From: Alphaproteobacteria bacterium
GTDB taxonomy: Bacteria; Pseudomonadota; Alphaproteobacteria; SP197
Assembly: GCA_965228895.1 (NCBI GenBank)
Contig: OZ245842.1
Location: 736,001 to 800,000 of the forward strand
Reading direction: 5' to 3'
Length of the DNA stretch: 64,000 nucleotides
The position numbers and the translations under genes are program-made. A model generated the notes under the pieces. That model saw only the letters and a program-made list of their open reading frames with translations, had not been told where the DNA came from and did not search any database. Of the stretch, positions 8,019-16,979 are shown piece by piece. Each line of letters begins with the position of its first letter. Position 1 is the first letter of the stretch.

Positions 8019-10367
8019 TCAAACGCCTCCCAAGGCCCGGACCACACGCTCCGGCGTCATCGGCAGATCGACCCAGACGCCGGTCGCGTTGTAGACCGCC
8101 TGAGCCACCGCCGCGATCGAGGCGGCGATCGGCGATTCGCCCGCGCCGCGCGCGCCAAACGGGCCGACGGGGTCGTAGGACTCGCTGAACATGACCTTGG
8201 CCTGATGCGGGAAGTCGGCCGCGCGCAGCAGTTTGTAGTCCAAGAGGTTGGCGTTCTTGATCGCGCCGGTCTCCTCGTCGAACACCAGGTGCTCGTAGAT
8301 CGCGAAACCGGCACCGCAAATGGCGCCGCCGACAACCTGGTTCTTCAAGACCTGGGGGTTGACCACGGTGCCGCTGTCCTGGGCCGCCAGGAAGTCGAGC
8401 AGCTTGATCTGGCCGGTCTCGATATCGACCTCGACCTCGACGAACTGTGCGGCGAACTGACGGGCGAAGGTGGTCGCCGGTGGCATCGGCACGGACGGGC
8501 GGCCTGTGATCGATGACGTCTGACCGAGCGTATCGGAGCGGATCTCGTGCAACACCTGGGTGATCGGGAAACGCCGGTTGGAGTCCGGCTGGCCCTTGGG
8601 ATGGACGACGCCTTCGGTGATATCGAGATCGCCGGGATCGACGCCATCGAACAACTCGCGCGCGGCGATCTCCAGAAGCTGGCGTCGCGCGTCCATGGTC
8701 GCCGCGCGCGTCGCCCAGCCGACCCGGTACATGGTGTTACTGGCAAGCGAGCCGTGGCTCCAGGGACAGGAATCCGTGTCGCCGGTCTCGATTTCGACCA
8801 TGTCCAAGGACACGCCCATGGCTTCGGCGGCGACCTGGGATTGCGTGGTCTCGCTGCCCTGGCCCTGACGGCCGACGCTGCAATGGACCTTCAGGCTGCC
8901 ATCCGGATTGATGCGCACGACGGCCGACGTGCTGCCCTCGAATTCGACGCCGCAGACATGGGCGCCGGTGCCGACACCGACAGCACGATGCAAGGGGCCG
9001 TCGACGGTGTGGGGTTTGCCCCAGCCTTTCCACCGCTCCTTCCAGCCGAACGCCTCGGCGCCCATGGTCAGGATATCCTCGGTCGAGCCGCTGGAGAGAT
9101 GGAACAGTTCCGGCCAGTCTTCCTTCAGATCGTCGCGAATCCCGTCGATGTACTCTTTGATGTTGCCCTTCATGTTGTGTTTGCTGTGCTGCATGCGCAG
9201 CTCTTCGCCGGGCTTGATCTGGTTCTTGATGCGGAAGTCGACGGGATCCATGCCGACTTTCTCGGCCAGCTGATCGGCAACCCGTTCGACGCTGGCGCCC
9301 AACGTGCAATCGCCGACGCCGCGCATGCAGCCGGCGGTCAGCAGGTTCGTGTTGATGCCGTGGACGGCATAGTGGCCGTGCTGGGCGCGGCCCCACATGT
9401 CGACACAGAAGAAGCCGACATCGTCCTTGAATCCATATCCGCCGTTGTCGATGAGGTGGTCGAACTGGGCGAGCGTGATGGTGCCGTCCTTTGTGCAGCC
9501 CATGCGGCCGCGCGTGCGTTCGAGGTGGCGGCGCTTGACGGTCGCCATGCACTCTTCGTTGGTCAGTTCGATCTTCACCGGGCGGCGGGCCTTTTTGGCC
9601 AGCAACACGGTAAGGATCATGAAGTTGTTGCTCCACCACTGACCGAAGGAACTGCCGCAGGGTAGCGCCATGACGCGGATCTTGCTGAGCGGGATGCCGA
9701 GCGCTTCGTGAACGCCGTCACGCAGTTCAGACGGCGTCTGCGATGACGTCCACAGCGTCACCTTGTCGCCCATCCATTCGGCGATGGCGGCATTGCGGCC
9801 AAGTGGCGCGTATTGCTGGCTTTCGTAGAAGATGTCGCAGTCGACCGTGATGTCGGCGTTCTTCTCACCCTCCGCCACGTCACCCCACTCGACGATATAG
9901 GGTTCGCGTTCGTTGCCTTCGTCACGGATTTGGGGCGCGTCCGCGTTGCGCGCTTTTTCCATGTCCAGGACGTGGGGCAGGACTTCGTACTCGACCTCGA
10001 TCAGGCTCAGCGCGTGTTCGGCGATGTCTTCGGTCTTGGCGGCGACGGCGGCCATGTCGTCGCCGACAAAGCGGCCGATACCATCGAGCACCTTGCCGCG
10101 GTAGTTAAACCAAGCGGCTTCCCAGTCCAGACCGGGCGTGTCGAGGTGGGTCAGCACGCCATAAACACCGGGCAGGGCCTCGGCCTTGCTGGTATCGATG
10201 CGCGTGATCCGGGCGTGCGGGTGCGGGCAGCGCAGGATCTTGCCATAGGCCATGTTCTGGACTTTCAGATCGACCGCGTACTTCAGCGCACCCGTTACCT
10301 TTTCGCTGGCGTCCTTGACGTGGACGCCCTTGCCGACGACGGAAAAGCTCTTGTCTTCGTAACCCAT
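8019..10367 (-). CDS. Xanthine dehydrogenase family molybdopterin-binding large subunit (CoxL/CutL-like)
   Basis: EKVTGALKYAVD, LRCPHPHARI, RFVGDDMAAVAA, GQG, DSGTVVNP, PFGARGAGE; 782 aa. Confidence 0.93.
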   Translation of the reverse strand: MGYEDKSFSVVGKGVHVKDASEKVTGALKYAVDLKVQNMAYGKILRCPHPHARITRIDTSKAEALPGVYGVLTHLDTPGLDWEAAWFNYRGKVLDGIGRFVGDDMAAVAAKTEDIAEHALSLIEVEYEVLPHVLDMEKARNADAPQIRDEGNEREPYIVEWGDVAEGEKNADITVDCDIFYESQQYAPLGRNAAIAEWMGDKVTLWTSSQTPSELRDGVHEALGIPLSKIRVMALPCGSSFGQWWSNNFMILTVLLAKKARRPVKIELTNEECMATVKRRHLERTRGRMGCTKDGTITLAQFDHLIDNGGYGFKDDVGFFCVDMWGRAQHGHYAVHGINTNLLTAGCMRGVGDCTLGASVERVADQLAEKVGMDPVDFRIKNQIKPGEELRMQHSKHNMKGNIKEYIDGIRDDLKEDWPELFHLSSGSTEDILTMGAEAFGWKERWKGWGKPHTVDGPLHRAVGVGTGAHVCGVEFEGSTSAVVRINPDGSLKVHCSVGRQGQGSETTQSQVAAEAMGVSLDMVEIETGDTDSCPWSHGSLASNTMYRVGWATRAATMDARRQLLEIAARELFDGVDPGDLDITEGVVHPKGQPDSNRRFPITQVLHEIRSDTLGQTSSITGRPSVPMPPATTFARQFAAQFVEVEVDIETGQIKLLDFLAAQDSGTVVNPQVLKNQVVGGAICGAGFAIYEHLVFDEETGAIKNANLLDYKLLRAADFPHQAKVMFSESYDPVGPFGARGAGESPIAASIAAVAQAVYNATGVWVDLPMTPERVVRALGGV

Positions 10368-10384
10368 GTCAGGTCCTCCTTCGC

Positions 10385-10876
10385 TCAGTCGGCCGCGCGC
10401 CTGCCGGCGCTATCGCTCGCCCGCATCTTTTCCGCCGCTTTCATCACGGCATCGACGATGTAGGGATAGGCGCCGCAGCGGCAGATGTTGCCGCTCATGG
10501 CGATCGCCGTTTCCTCGCGTGTCGGGTCGGGGTTTGCCGCCAGAAACGCCTTGGCGCTCATGACAAAACCGGGCGTGCAGAAGGCGCACTGAAACCCCTG
10601 TTCTTCGATGAAGGCCTCTTGGATCGGGTGCAGGTCGTCGCCTGTGCCCAGACCTTCGATGGTCTGAAGGTCGTGCTGTTCGGCCTGGTTGACGAGGACC
10701 ATGCATGAGGTGACGGGTTCGCCGTCGACCAGCACCGTGCACGAGCCGCACTCACCTTCCGAACAGGAGACGCGCACGCCAATAAGGCCGAGGTCGTTGC
10801 GCAGGACGTCGGCCAGCGTGCGGTTGGGCGCCACGTCCAACTCATGCGTCTCGCCATTGACCTTGAGTGTCGTCAT
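10385..10876 (-). CDS. Molybdenum hydroxylase [2Fe-2S] small subunit (CoxS-like)
   Basis: CSEGECGSCTV..SC, QCAFCTPG, NICRCG. Confidence 0.95.
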   Translation of the reverse strand: MTTLKVNGETHELDVAPNRTLADVLRNDLGLIGVRVSCSEGECGSCTVLVDGEPVTSCMVLVNQAEQHDLQTIEGLGTGDDLHPIQEAFIEEQGFQCAFCTPGFVMSAKAFLAANPDPTREETAIAMSGNICRCGAYPYIVDAVMKAAEKMRASDSAGRRAAD

Positions 10877-11760
10877 GTGACGTTCCCTCCGAGCTTGATA
10901 ATCGAATCGGTGAGAGCGCGCTTGACCATGACCTTGATCATGGCGCGGCGATAATCAGCGCTGGCGCGTACATCGGAGATCGGCTTGGCATCGGCCGCGG
11001 CCAGTTCGCCGGCCTTGACCAGCAAGCCGCCATCGATGTCGGAGAGGTTCGCACCCTCAAGCACCGCCTCCGCGGCGGCGGAGCGAATGATGATGGGCGC
11101 CACGGCACCGAGGGCGATACGCGTCTTCACGATATCTGATTGCGCGTCGGCCCAAACGGCGGTCGATGCGTTGACCAGCGCAATATCGACGACGGTCCGG
11201 TCGATGCGCCGATAAGATGCCTCGACGCGCTGGTCGGCGGGCAGGGGTATGACGATCTCCGAGAGCAAATCGCCGTTGGCGACGACCGTGTGGTTCACGC
11301 CCTCGAAAAAATCCTCCATGGCGACCCGGCGTTCACCCTCGGATCCAAAAATGACGGCCTCGGCATCCAAAGCGACAAAGGCCGGCGACAGATCGGCTGC
11401 CGGCGATGCGTTGCACAGATTGCCGCCGACCGTCGCGATCGATCGGGTCTGCGGCGTGCACATCAGCTTGGTGATGTCGCTTAATGTCTTGAGGTGAGGG
11501 TGATGGTCAGCGGCGTTTTCGAGCGCTGCGAGCGTCGCCATCGCGCCGACACGAATCGAATTGTCGCCGACCTCGATAAACCGCAGTTCGTCGAGGAAGG
11601 TGAGGTCGATGCAGTGGTCGAGCGACACCTCCTCGCGTTGCCACAGCAGGGTCATGTCGGTGCCACCGGCCCAGTAACGCGCGCCGTCACCCAGACTGGC
11701 GCGCATGGCCACGGCCTCCTGTAGCGAGGACGGGCGCGAATAGTCGAACTGAGAACGCAT
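10873..11760 (-). CDS. Molybdenum hydroxylase FAD-binding medium subunit (CoxM-like)
   Basis: Starts MRSQFDYSRP; AGGTD, ATVGGNLCNASPAAD, DVRASADYR; 4-nt overlap with the small subunit. Confidence 0.93.
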   Translation of the reverse strand: MRSQFDYSRPSSLQEAVAMRASLGDGARYWAGGTDMTLLWQREEVSLDHCIDLTFLDELRFIEVGDNSIRVGAMATLAALENAADHHPHLKTLSDITKLMCTPQTRSIATVGGNLCNASPAADLSPAFVALDAEAVIFGSEGERRVAMEDFFEGVNHTVVANGDLLSEIVIPLPADQRVEASYRRIDRTVVDIALVNASTAVWADAQSDIVKTRIALGAVAPIIIRSAAAEAVLEGANLSDIDGGLLVKAGELAAADAKPISDVRASADYRRAMIKVMVKRALTDSIIKLGGNVT

Positions 11761-11845
11761 TATCTTTCTCCCACACCGTCTCAACAGGAGACGGAAAAAG
11801 GGTGCGGGCAAGGGCTGGGCCCCTTGCCCGCACAGGGTGGTCAAC

Positions 11846-12997
11846 TCAAGGGCCGACGCGGCCGATCCACTTGTTGGAACTATACTCCTGGTCGTATCCC
11901 TCGGAGCCCAGCCATTCGATGATGCTGTTGTCGATACCGTCGGCGGCTGACACACGTTCATCCATAACGCCGGCCTCCGAATAGACATCGGCGAACAGCT
12001 CCCACGTGTCGGCGAGATAGCCGGCCTCGCAGTCAGCCTTGTCACCGACCATCTGCCCCCAGCCGCTGGCGGATGCCGGCGGCGCCGGCGCGCCTTCAGG
12101 AATGCTGGCGCACAGGGGTTCGCCGCCTTCTAGGCCGACGGCGCCCATGTTCTGGTTGATGTTCAGCATGACCGCGCCGTACTGGGTCAGGCGCACGTCC
12201 TCGACGGGCCAATCCAGACCTGCGGCGACGATCTCGTTGCCTTCATCGGGGTTTTCCTTCCACCAGTTGACGGCCTCGAACCAGGCGCGAATGACTTCGC
12301 GGGCGGTGTCCGGGTTCGCCTCGAGCCATTCCTGATTGCAGGCGATCGAGTCGGAGATCAGGCCGCGTTCCCACGTCTTGTCGGTGAAGCTGGATTTCAG
12401 CATGTGCGAATCCTCGCGCTCCAATGATTGGGTCGAGAACGGGATCCACGTGACGTCGACGTCCAGTGCGCCGCTGGCGAACGCCGCCGTCGACTCCTGG
12501 GGCAACATGATCGTGTGATTGACCTCGTCGAACGGAATACCCGCCCGTTTCAGGGTCAACAGCATCCACATGTGGTTCAAGAAGCCGTAATCAGCGGCAA
12601 ACGTGCGGCCGCGCAGGTCCGCTTCGGTCTGGATGTCATTGGAGACAACCATCTGGTCGAGGCCATAGGACATCAGCGGCACGGCGACATGCTTCACCGG
12701 CACGGCCGACGAGGCGGTAACGACCGTGTTGTCCATGGTTGTCATGATGCACTGGATCGAGTTGTTCGAGAGGCCGGCATTGCGCGCGGTCGTATCCTCG
12801 ATGATCTTGACATCGACATTGATGCCGTCGGCCAGACCCTTTTCCTTGACGATGAACCAGGGGCCGTAGACCGAGACGGAAATGATGGAGACGGTGAAGT
12901 CTTCCTCGGCATGAGGTGATGCCGTGGGGATCGTGCTGCCTGCAACGGCGAGGCAGAACGCGAGCGCCGCGGTTGGCAGCGAAAGCAAACTTCTCAT
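11846..12997 (-). CDS. ABC transporter substrate-binding protein (NitT/TauT/SsuA-like)
   Basis: Signal peptide; YGPWFIVKEKGL, SYGLDQMVV, DLRGRTFA, VTWIPF; AAGGAGGAGG RBS; in an operon with ATPase and permease. Confidence 0.85.
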   Translation of the reverse strand: MRSLLSLPTAALAFCLAVAGSTIPTASPHAEEDFTVSIISVSVYGPWFIVKEKGLADGINVDVKIIEDTTARNAGLSNNSIQCIMTTMDNTVVTASSAVPVKHVAVPLMSYGLDQMVVSNDIQTEADLRGRTFAADYGFLNHMWMLLTLKRAGIPFDEVNHTIMLPQESTAAFASGALDVDVTWIPFSTQSLEREDSHMLKSSFTDKTWERGLISDSIACNQEWLEANPDTAREVIRAWFEAVNWWKENPDEGNEIVAAGLDWPVEDVRLTQYGAVMLNINQNMGAVGLEGGEPLCASIPEGAPAPPASASGWGQMVGDKADCEAGYLADTWELFADVYSEAGVMDERVSAADGIDNSIIEWLGSEGYDQEYSSNKWIGRVGP

Positions 12998-13063
12998 GGG
13001 GTCCTCCTCCTTAGGGTCGTTTGTTGTTGGCGGGCACGCGACAACAGCACTGACACGTACCTG

Positions 13064-13873
13064 TCATTGCGCCTGAATCTCTTCGCGCATCCAGGCGAAC
13101 AGCTGGCGTTCGGTTTCGATGTAGCCGGGCTCCGCCAAGAGCTCTTCTTTCTTGGCAAAGCGCCGGCCTTGCTTGAACTCCAGCAGTATGTCCTGCTTGA
13201 TCCGGCCGGGGTTGCGCGTGAAGAAGACGATTCGATCGGCGAGATAGATCGCCTCCTGGATGTCGTGGGTCACCGCGATCACCGTCTTTTTCTCAGCCTC
13301 GATGATCTCGATCATCATTTCCTGCATTTCCCAGCGGACCTGTGCGTCGAGCGCGCCGAACGGCTCATCCATCAACAGCACCGTCGGGTTCTGCGCCAGT
13401 GTGCGGGCGATTGCGACGCGCTGTTTCATGCCGCCGGAGAGTTCGCTGGGATAGGACTTGGCCGCGTGGCCCAGGTGCACTTCCTCGAGCAACTGCTTGG
13501 CCTTTGCCTGTCGTTCTTTCTTCGGCACGCCCAAGATCTTCATGCCGTATTCGATGTTGCCGAGCGCGGTGAGCCATGGAAACGACGTATAGGCCTGGAA
13601 CACCATGCCGCGGTCGGGGCCGGGCCCGATAATCGGCTGGTCGTAGACCGTGATAGCGCCTTCCGTCGGCAGCTCGAGGCCGGCGATCATGCGCAGCATA
13701 GTCGTCTTGCCGCAGCCCGAAGGCCCGATAAAGGCGGTCACTTGGCCTTCCGGCAGGTCGAGCGTGATGTCGTCGACCGCGGTGAAGCTGCCGCCCAGAT
13801 AGCGCCGGGTGACGCCGGTAGCGCGAATGGCGACATTGTCGGTTGTTGACGTGGTGCTTGCGGGCTGCGCCAT
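13064..13873 (-). CDS. ABC transporter ATP-binding protein (TauB/SsuB-like)
   Basis: GPSGCGKTT, PGPDRGMVFQ, LSGGMKQR, LLMDEPFGALD. Confidence 0.95.
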   Translation of the reverse strand: MAQPASTTSTTDNVAIRATGVTRRYLGGSFTAVDDITLDLPEGQVTAFIGPSGCGKTTMLRMIAGLELPTEGAITVYDQPIIGPGPDRGMVFQAYTSFPWLTALGNIEYGMKILGVPKKERQAKAKQLLEEVHLGHAAKSYPSELSGGMKQRVAIARTLAQNPTVLLMDEPFGALDAQVRWEMQEMMIEIIEAEKKTVIAVTHDIQEAIYLADRIVFFTRNPGRIKQDILLEFKQGRRFAKKEELLAEPGYIETERQLFAWMREEIQAQ

Positions 13874-13876
13874 GAC

Positions 13877-14755
13877 TCAACCCCGTCGCTTGCGGTTCCA
13901 GGGAAAGAAGTAGTGGGCGGCGATGCGGAAGCTGATATCGGTCAGCACGCCCAATATGCCAATCGTCAGAATGCCCGCCATGATGATGTCGACTTTCAAG
14001 AACCGCCCCGCGCGCATCATCACCGCGCCGATGCCGTCCTGGGCCGCGACAATCTCCGCGATCACAAGATAGGTCCAGCTCACCGCGATCATGTTGCGCA
14101 TGGAATCGACAATCGCCGGCGAGGCCGCGCGTACGACGACGCCCATGACGATCTGGCGCCGTGTTGCGCCCATGGTGAGCGCCGCCTCGACCAGCGCTTT
14201 CTCGACCGCCTCGGTGTTGTCCAGAATGAGGGCGACCAGAAAGAAGATGACGCCCAGAAACAGCAGCGCGAGCTTTTGCGTATCGGTCGGTCCGAACCAG
14301 ACCAGCAGCAGCGGGATGAACGAGGCCGCCGGCAAGTAGCGTGCGCCGGAAAAGATCGGGTTTATCAGCGCGCGCATGTTCGAAAAGCAGCCCATGAAGA
14401 CGCCAAGCGGAATGGCGAGCAGACAGGCGGCAAAGAAGCTTGCGAAAACGCGCGCGACCGAGATGCCGACATCGGCCATGTAGTCTTTCTCGGTGATCAG
14501 CATGACGAGCGTCGAGATGACGTGCTGCGGTGACGGCAGGAAGCGCCGGCTTTCTTCCGGTGTCAGGTAATGACCGGCTTCCCACAGCAGGAAGAACGCG
14601 GCGCCGCCGATCAGCCCGTAGATGGCCGTCTGGCGGGAGTTGACGGGGGTCAGAAGTCTAAGCGCCTGACGTCGTCTGCCGCCGGCAGGCCCATCCTTGC
14701 GCTGCGTGCCCGTGGGAACGGTGCCCGCTCTAGCGTTCTTTGCCGCGTCCACCAT
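13877..14755 (-). CDS. ABC transporter permease (TauC/SsuC-like)
   Basis: FLPSP, hydrophobic helices, EAALTMGA (EAA motif), WTYLVIAE; probable ATG at 14755. Confidence 0.92.
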   Translation of the reverse strand: MVDAAKNARAGTVPTGTQRKDGPAGGRRRQALRLLTPVNSRQTAIYGLIGGAAFFLLWEAGHYLTPEESRRFLPSPQHVISTLVMLITEKDYMADVGISVARVFASFFAACLLAIPLGVFMGCFSNMRALINPIFSGARYLPAASFIPLLLVWFGPTDTQKLALLFLGVIFFLVALILDNTEAVEKALVEAALTMGATRRQIVMGVVVRAASPAIVDSMRNMIAVSWTYLVIAEIVAAQDGIGAVMMRAGRFLKVDIIMAGILTIGILGVLTDISFRIAAHYFFPWNRKRRG

Positions 14756-14762
14756 GCGCCCC

Positions 14763-14809
14763 TTGCCCCGCGTCGTCGTTGGCATCGTCTTCACGACGCC
14801 TTGGGGCAA
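14763..14809 (-). promoter_or_regulatory. Leader stem-loop abutting the RBS of the ABC permease
   Basis: On the minus strand: ttgcccc-aag-gcgtcgt-(16 nt)-acgacgc-ggggcaa, followed immediately by ggggcgcATG. Confidence 0.4.
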
Positions 14810-15034
14810 AGACTGAACCTGCAATAACGTTCGACGAATCGCTGATTCGCTACCTATTCATTCAGCTTGGGAAATGTATTGGCTGCCCGCCAGGAATTGA
14901 AGTTACGGCCTTTGCGTGGCTTTGGCCGCCGGTTATGGCATTGCTGGACGTTCCGTAATGTACCTGGACAGCGCTCAACTCTGTCACCCGCTGTGTTGGG
15001 CTTGAGCGCTTCAGAACCAATTGACCTGTTCACT

Positions 15035-15059
15035 TCAATGTAAACCAGGTTAACATTGA
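15035..15059. promoter_or_regulatory. 25-bp near-perfect palindromic operator
   Basis: TCAATGTAAACCAGGTTAACATTGA; 11 of 12 arm positions are complementary; AT-rich divergent promoter between the ABC operon and the LysR. Confidence 0.6.
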
Positions 15060-15063
15060 TCTA

Positions 15064-15080
15064 ATCGGGCATATTGCGAT
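15064..15080. promoter_or_regulatory. Candidate LysR operator ATCG-N9-CGAT
   Basis: atcgggcatattgcgat; same length and ends as 1755-1771. Confidence 0.45.
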
Positions 15081-15128
15081 GCAACATCCACACGACTTTG
15101 CGGCCCGATTCGATAGCGGGGAGATGTC

Positions 15129-16058
15129 ATGGCCTTTCGCATCAGCGATGTCGATATTCGCCAACTTCATGTTTTTCGAGCTGTTGTCGAATGCCGCGGT
15201 TTCACGAGCGCGCAGTCGGTGCTGAACATCGGTCAATCGACCATCAGCAATCAAATGGCGCAGCTCGAGACGCGTCTGGGTGTTCGCCTTTGCGAACGCG
15301 GTCGGACCGGATTCGAGCTCACGCCGAAAGGCCGGCGTGTTTACGAGGAAACGCTGAAGCTGTTCCGGGCGCACGAGGATTTCCAGAACATCACGTCAGA
15401 ACTGAAAGGACGCTTGAGCGGCTATCTCAACATCGCGCTGATCGACAACGTGGCGACCGATCCGGAATGCCCGATCGTGCGAGCCCTCAACCTCTTCAAC
15501 AGCCGGGACCATGAGGTCAGCGTGCGCATGGAGATCATGCCGCCCGGCGATATCGAACGCGCGGTGCTGGATCTCGACATCGATGTTGCGATCGGGACCT
15601 TTCACCACCGGGTACCCGGACTCGACTATCGCGACATCTATATCGAAGAGAACGCACTTTTGTGCGGATATCAAAACCCGATCTTTTCGATGACCGACGA
15701 TGCCGAGATTCACGAGGCCGTGCGCACGGCGCGCAAGGTCACGCGCTCCTATCTCGATAAACACGACATCGCATCACTGGGTGAAGACGAGGGCGCGCCG
15801 TTCGCGGTCGTGCAGCATCTGGAAGCCGCAGCGATCCTCATTCTGGGCGGCGGTCATATCGGCTTTTTGCCGCGCCATCTCGCCCAGCTATGGGTGTCGC
15901 GCAACGAGATGAAACCGGTCTTGCCCTTGGAGTACGTCTACAAGTCCGTCTTCTCGATCGTGACCCGCAAGGCGCCCAGGAAGTCGATGATCCTGAAATC
16001 CTTTTTGGCCGACCTCACCGAAGCCTCGCAACTCGGTGACCAGCTTCGGGTTGCTTAG
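15129..16058 (+). CDS. LysR-family regulator, paralog of 1838..2779
   Basis: DIRQLHVFRAVVECRGFTSAQSVLNIGQSTISNQMAQLETRLGVRLCERGR. Confidence 0.92.
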   Translation: MAFRISDVDIRQLHVFRAVVECRGFTSAQSVLNIGQSTISNQMAQLETRLGVRLCERGRTGFELTPKGRRVYEETLKLFRAHEDFQNITSELKGRLSGYLNIALIDNVATDPECPIVRALNLFNSRDHEVSVRMEIMPPGDIERAVLDLDIDVAIGTFHHRVPGLDYRDIYIEENALLCGYQNPIFSMTDDAEIHEAVRTARKVTRSYLDKHDIASLGEDEGAPFAVVQHLEAAAILILGGGHIGFLPRHLAQLWVSRNEMKPVLPLEYVYKSVFSIVTRKAPRKSMILKSFLADLTEASQLGDQLRVA

Positions 16059-16104
16059 TCCGAGGGCGTAGCGTCACAACAAGACCAGCAAGGTGGGGGT
16101 ACGC

Positions 16105-16956
16105 ATGGCCGAGCAAGGCGGATTCAAGGCGGGGTTGTCCTATTACGACTTCGGGCGCACGACGTTCCATGCGTCGCAGTTCGACCAACGATTTTCGTAT
16201 TGTCTCTACGTACCGCTCGACTATGAGGAGAACGGCTGCAAGACCTATCGCCTGGCGGTGACGATTCATGGAACCGGGCGCAATGCGGCGGGCTACCGCG
16301 ACAGCTTGTCGGACTTTGCCGACGCCAACGACTGCATCATCCTGGCGCCGCTTTTCCCTGCCGGTATCGCCAAACCAGGTGATCTCTCGGGTTACAAACT
16401 GATTGGCTCTCACGGCATTCGCTACGATCACGTGCTGCTCGCTATGATCGACGAAATCGCTGGCAAGTACCGTGTCGATGCCGAGCGCTTCTTGCTCTAC
16501 GGCTTTTCCGGCGGCGGTCATTTCAACCATCGGTTTTTCTATCTCCACCCCGAGCGGCTGCTCGGGGCCTCGATCGGTGCGCCCGGCGTTGTGACCCTGC
16601 TCGATCAAACCCGTGATTGGTGGGTCGGCGTCAGAAATCTCGAGGCGGTGTTCGGCAAGGCCCTGGACATAGACCGCATGCGCGAGGTCGCGGTCCAGAT
16701 GGTGATCGGCGATGAAGACACCGACACCTGGGAGATCACGATTCGACCCGGAAGCTCGTGGTGGATGGAGGAGGCCAACATCGCAGGCTCGACCCGGATC
16801 GACCGCATCAACGCACTGCGCGAAAGCTACGAGGACGAAGGGATCGCCGTCAGGCTGGATACCGTTCCTGGTACCGCCCACGAGCCCGATGCGGTGATTG
16901 AGCCGGTGAAACAGTTCTTTGCCGACGTGCTGCTCGGCCGCTCGGTGCGGCTCTGA
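16105..16956 (+). CDS. Alpha/beta hydrolase (poly(aspartate) hydrolase-like)
   Basis: IHGTGR oxyanion region, GFSGGG nucleophile elbow, GDED, GTAH. Confidence 0.8.
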   Translation: MAEQGGFKAGLSYYDFGRTTFHASQFDQRFSYCLYVPLDYEENGCKTYRLAVTIHGTGRNAAGYRDSLSDFADANDCIILAPLFPAGIAKPGDLSGYKLIGSHGIRYDHVLLAMIDEIAGKYRVDAERFLLYGFSGGGHFNHRFFYLHPERLLGASIGAPGVVTLLDQTRDWWVGVRNLEAVFGKALDIDRMREVAVQMVIGDEDTDTWEITIRPGSSWWMEEANIAGSTRIDRINALRESYEDEGIAVRLDTVPGTAHEPDAVIEPVKQFFADVLLGRSVRL

Positions 16957-16979
16957 CGTCTGGCCACAGGCGTGTTGCG

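Noticed and set aside
8019-11760. Aerobic CO dehydrogenase or xanthine dehydrogenase assignment
   Set aside because: No AYxCSFR loop and no GGGFGGK motif; only a family-level call is supportable.
14756-15128. Guanidine-I/II/III riboswitch upstream of the ABC operon or the ureohydrolases
   Set aside because: I could not see twin ACGR-loop hairpins or the ykkC conserved 3' tail by eye; an Infernal scan would be needed.
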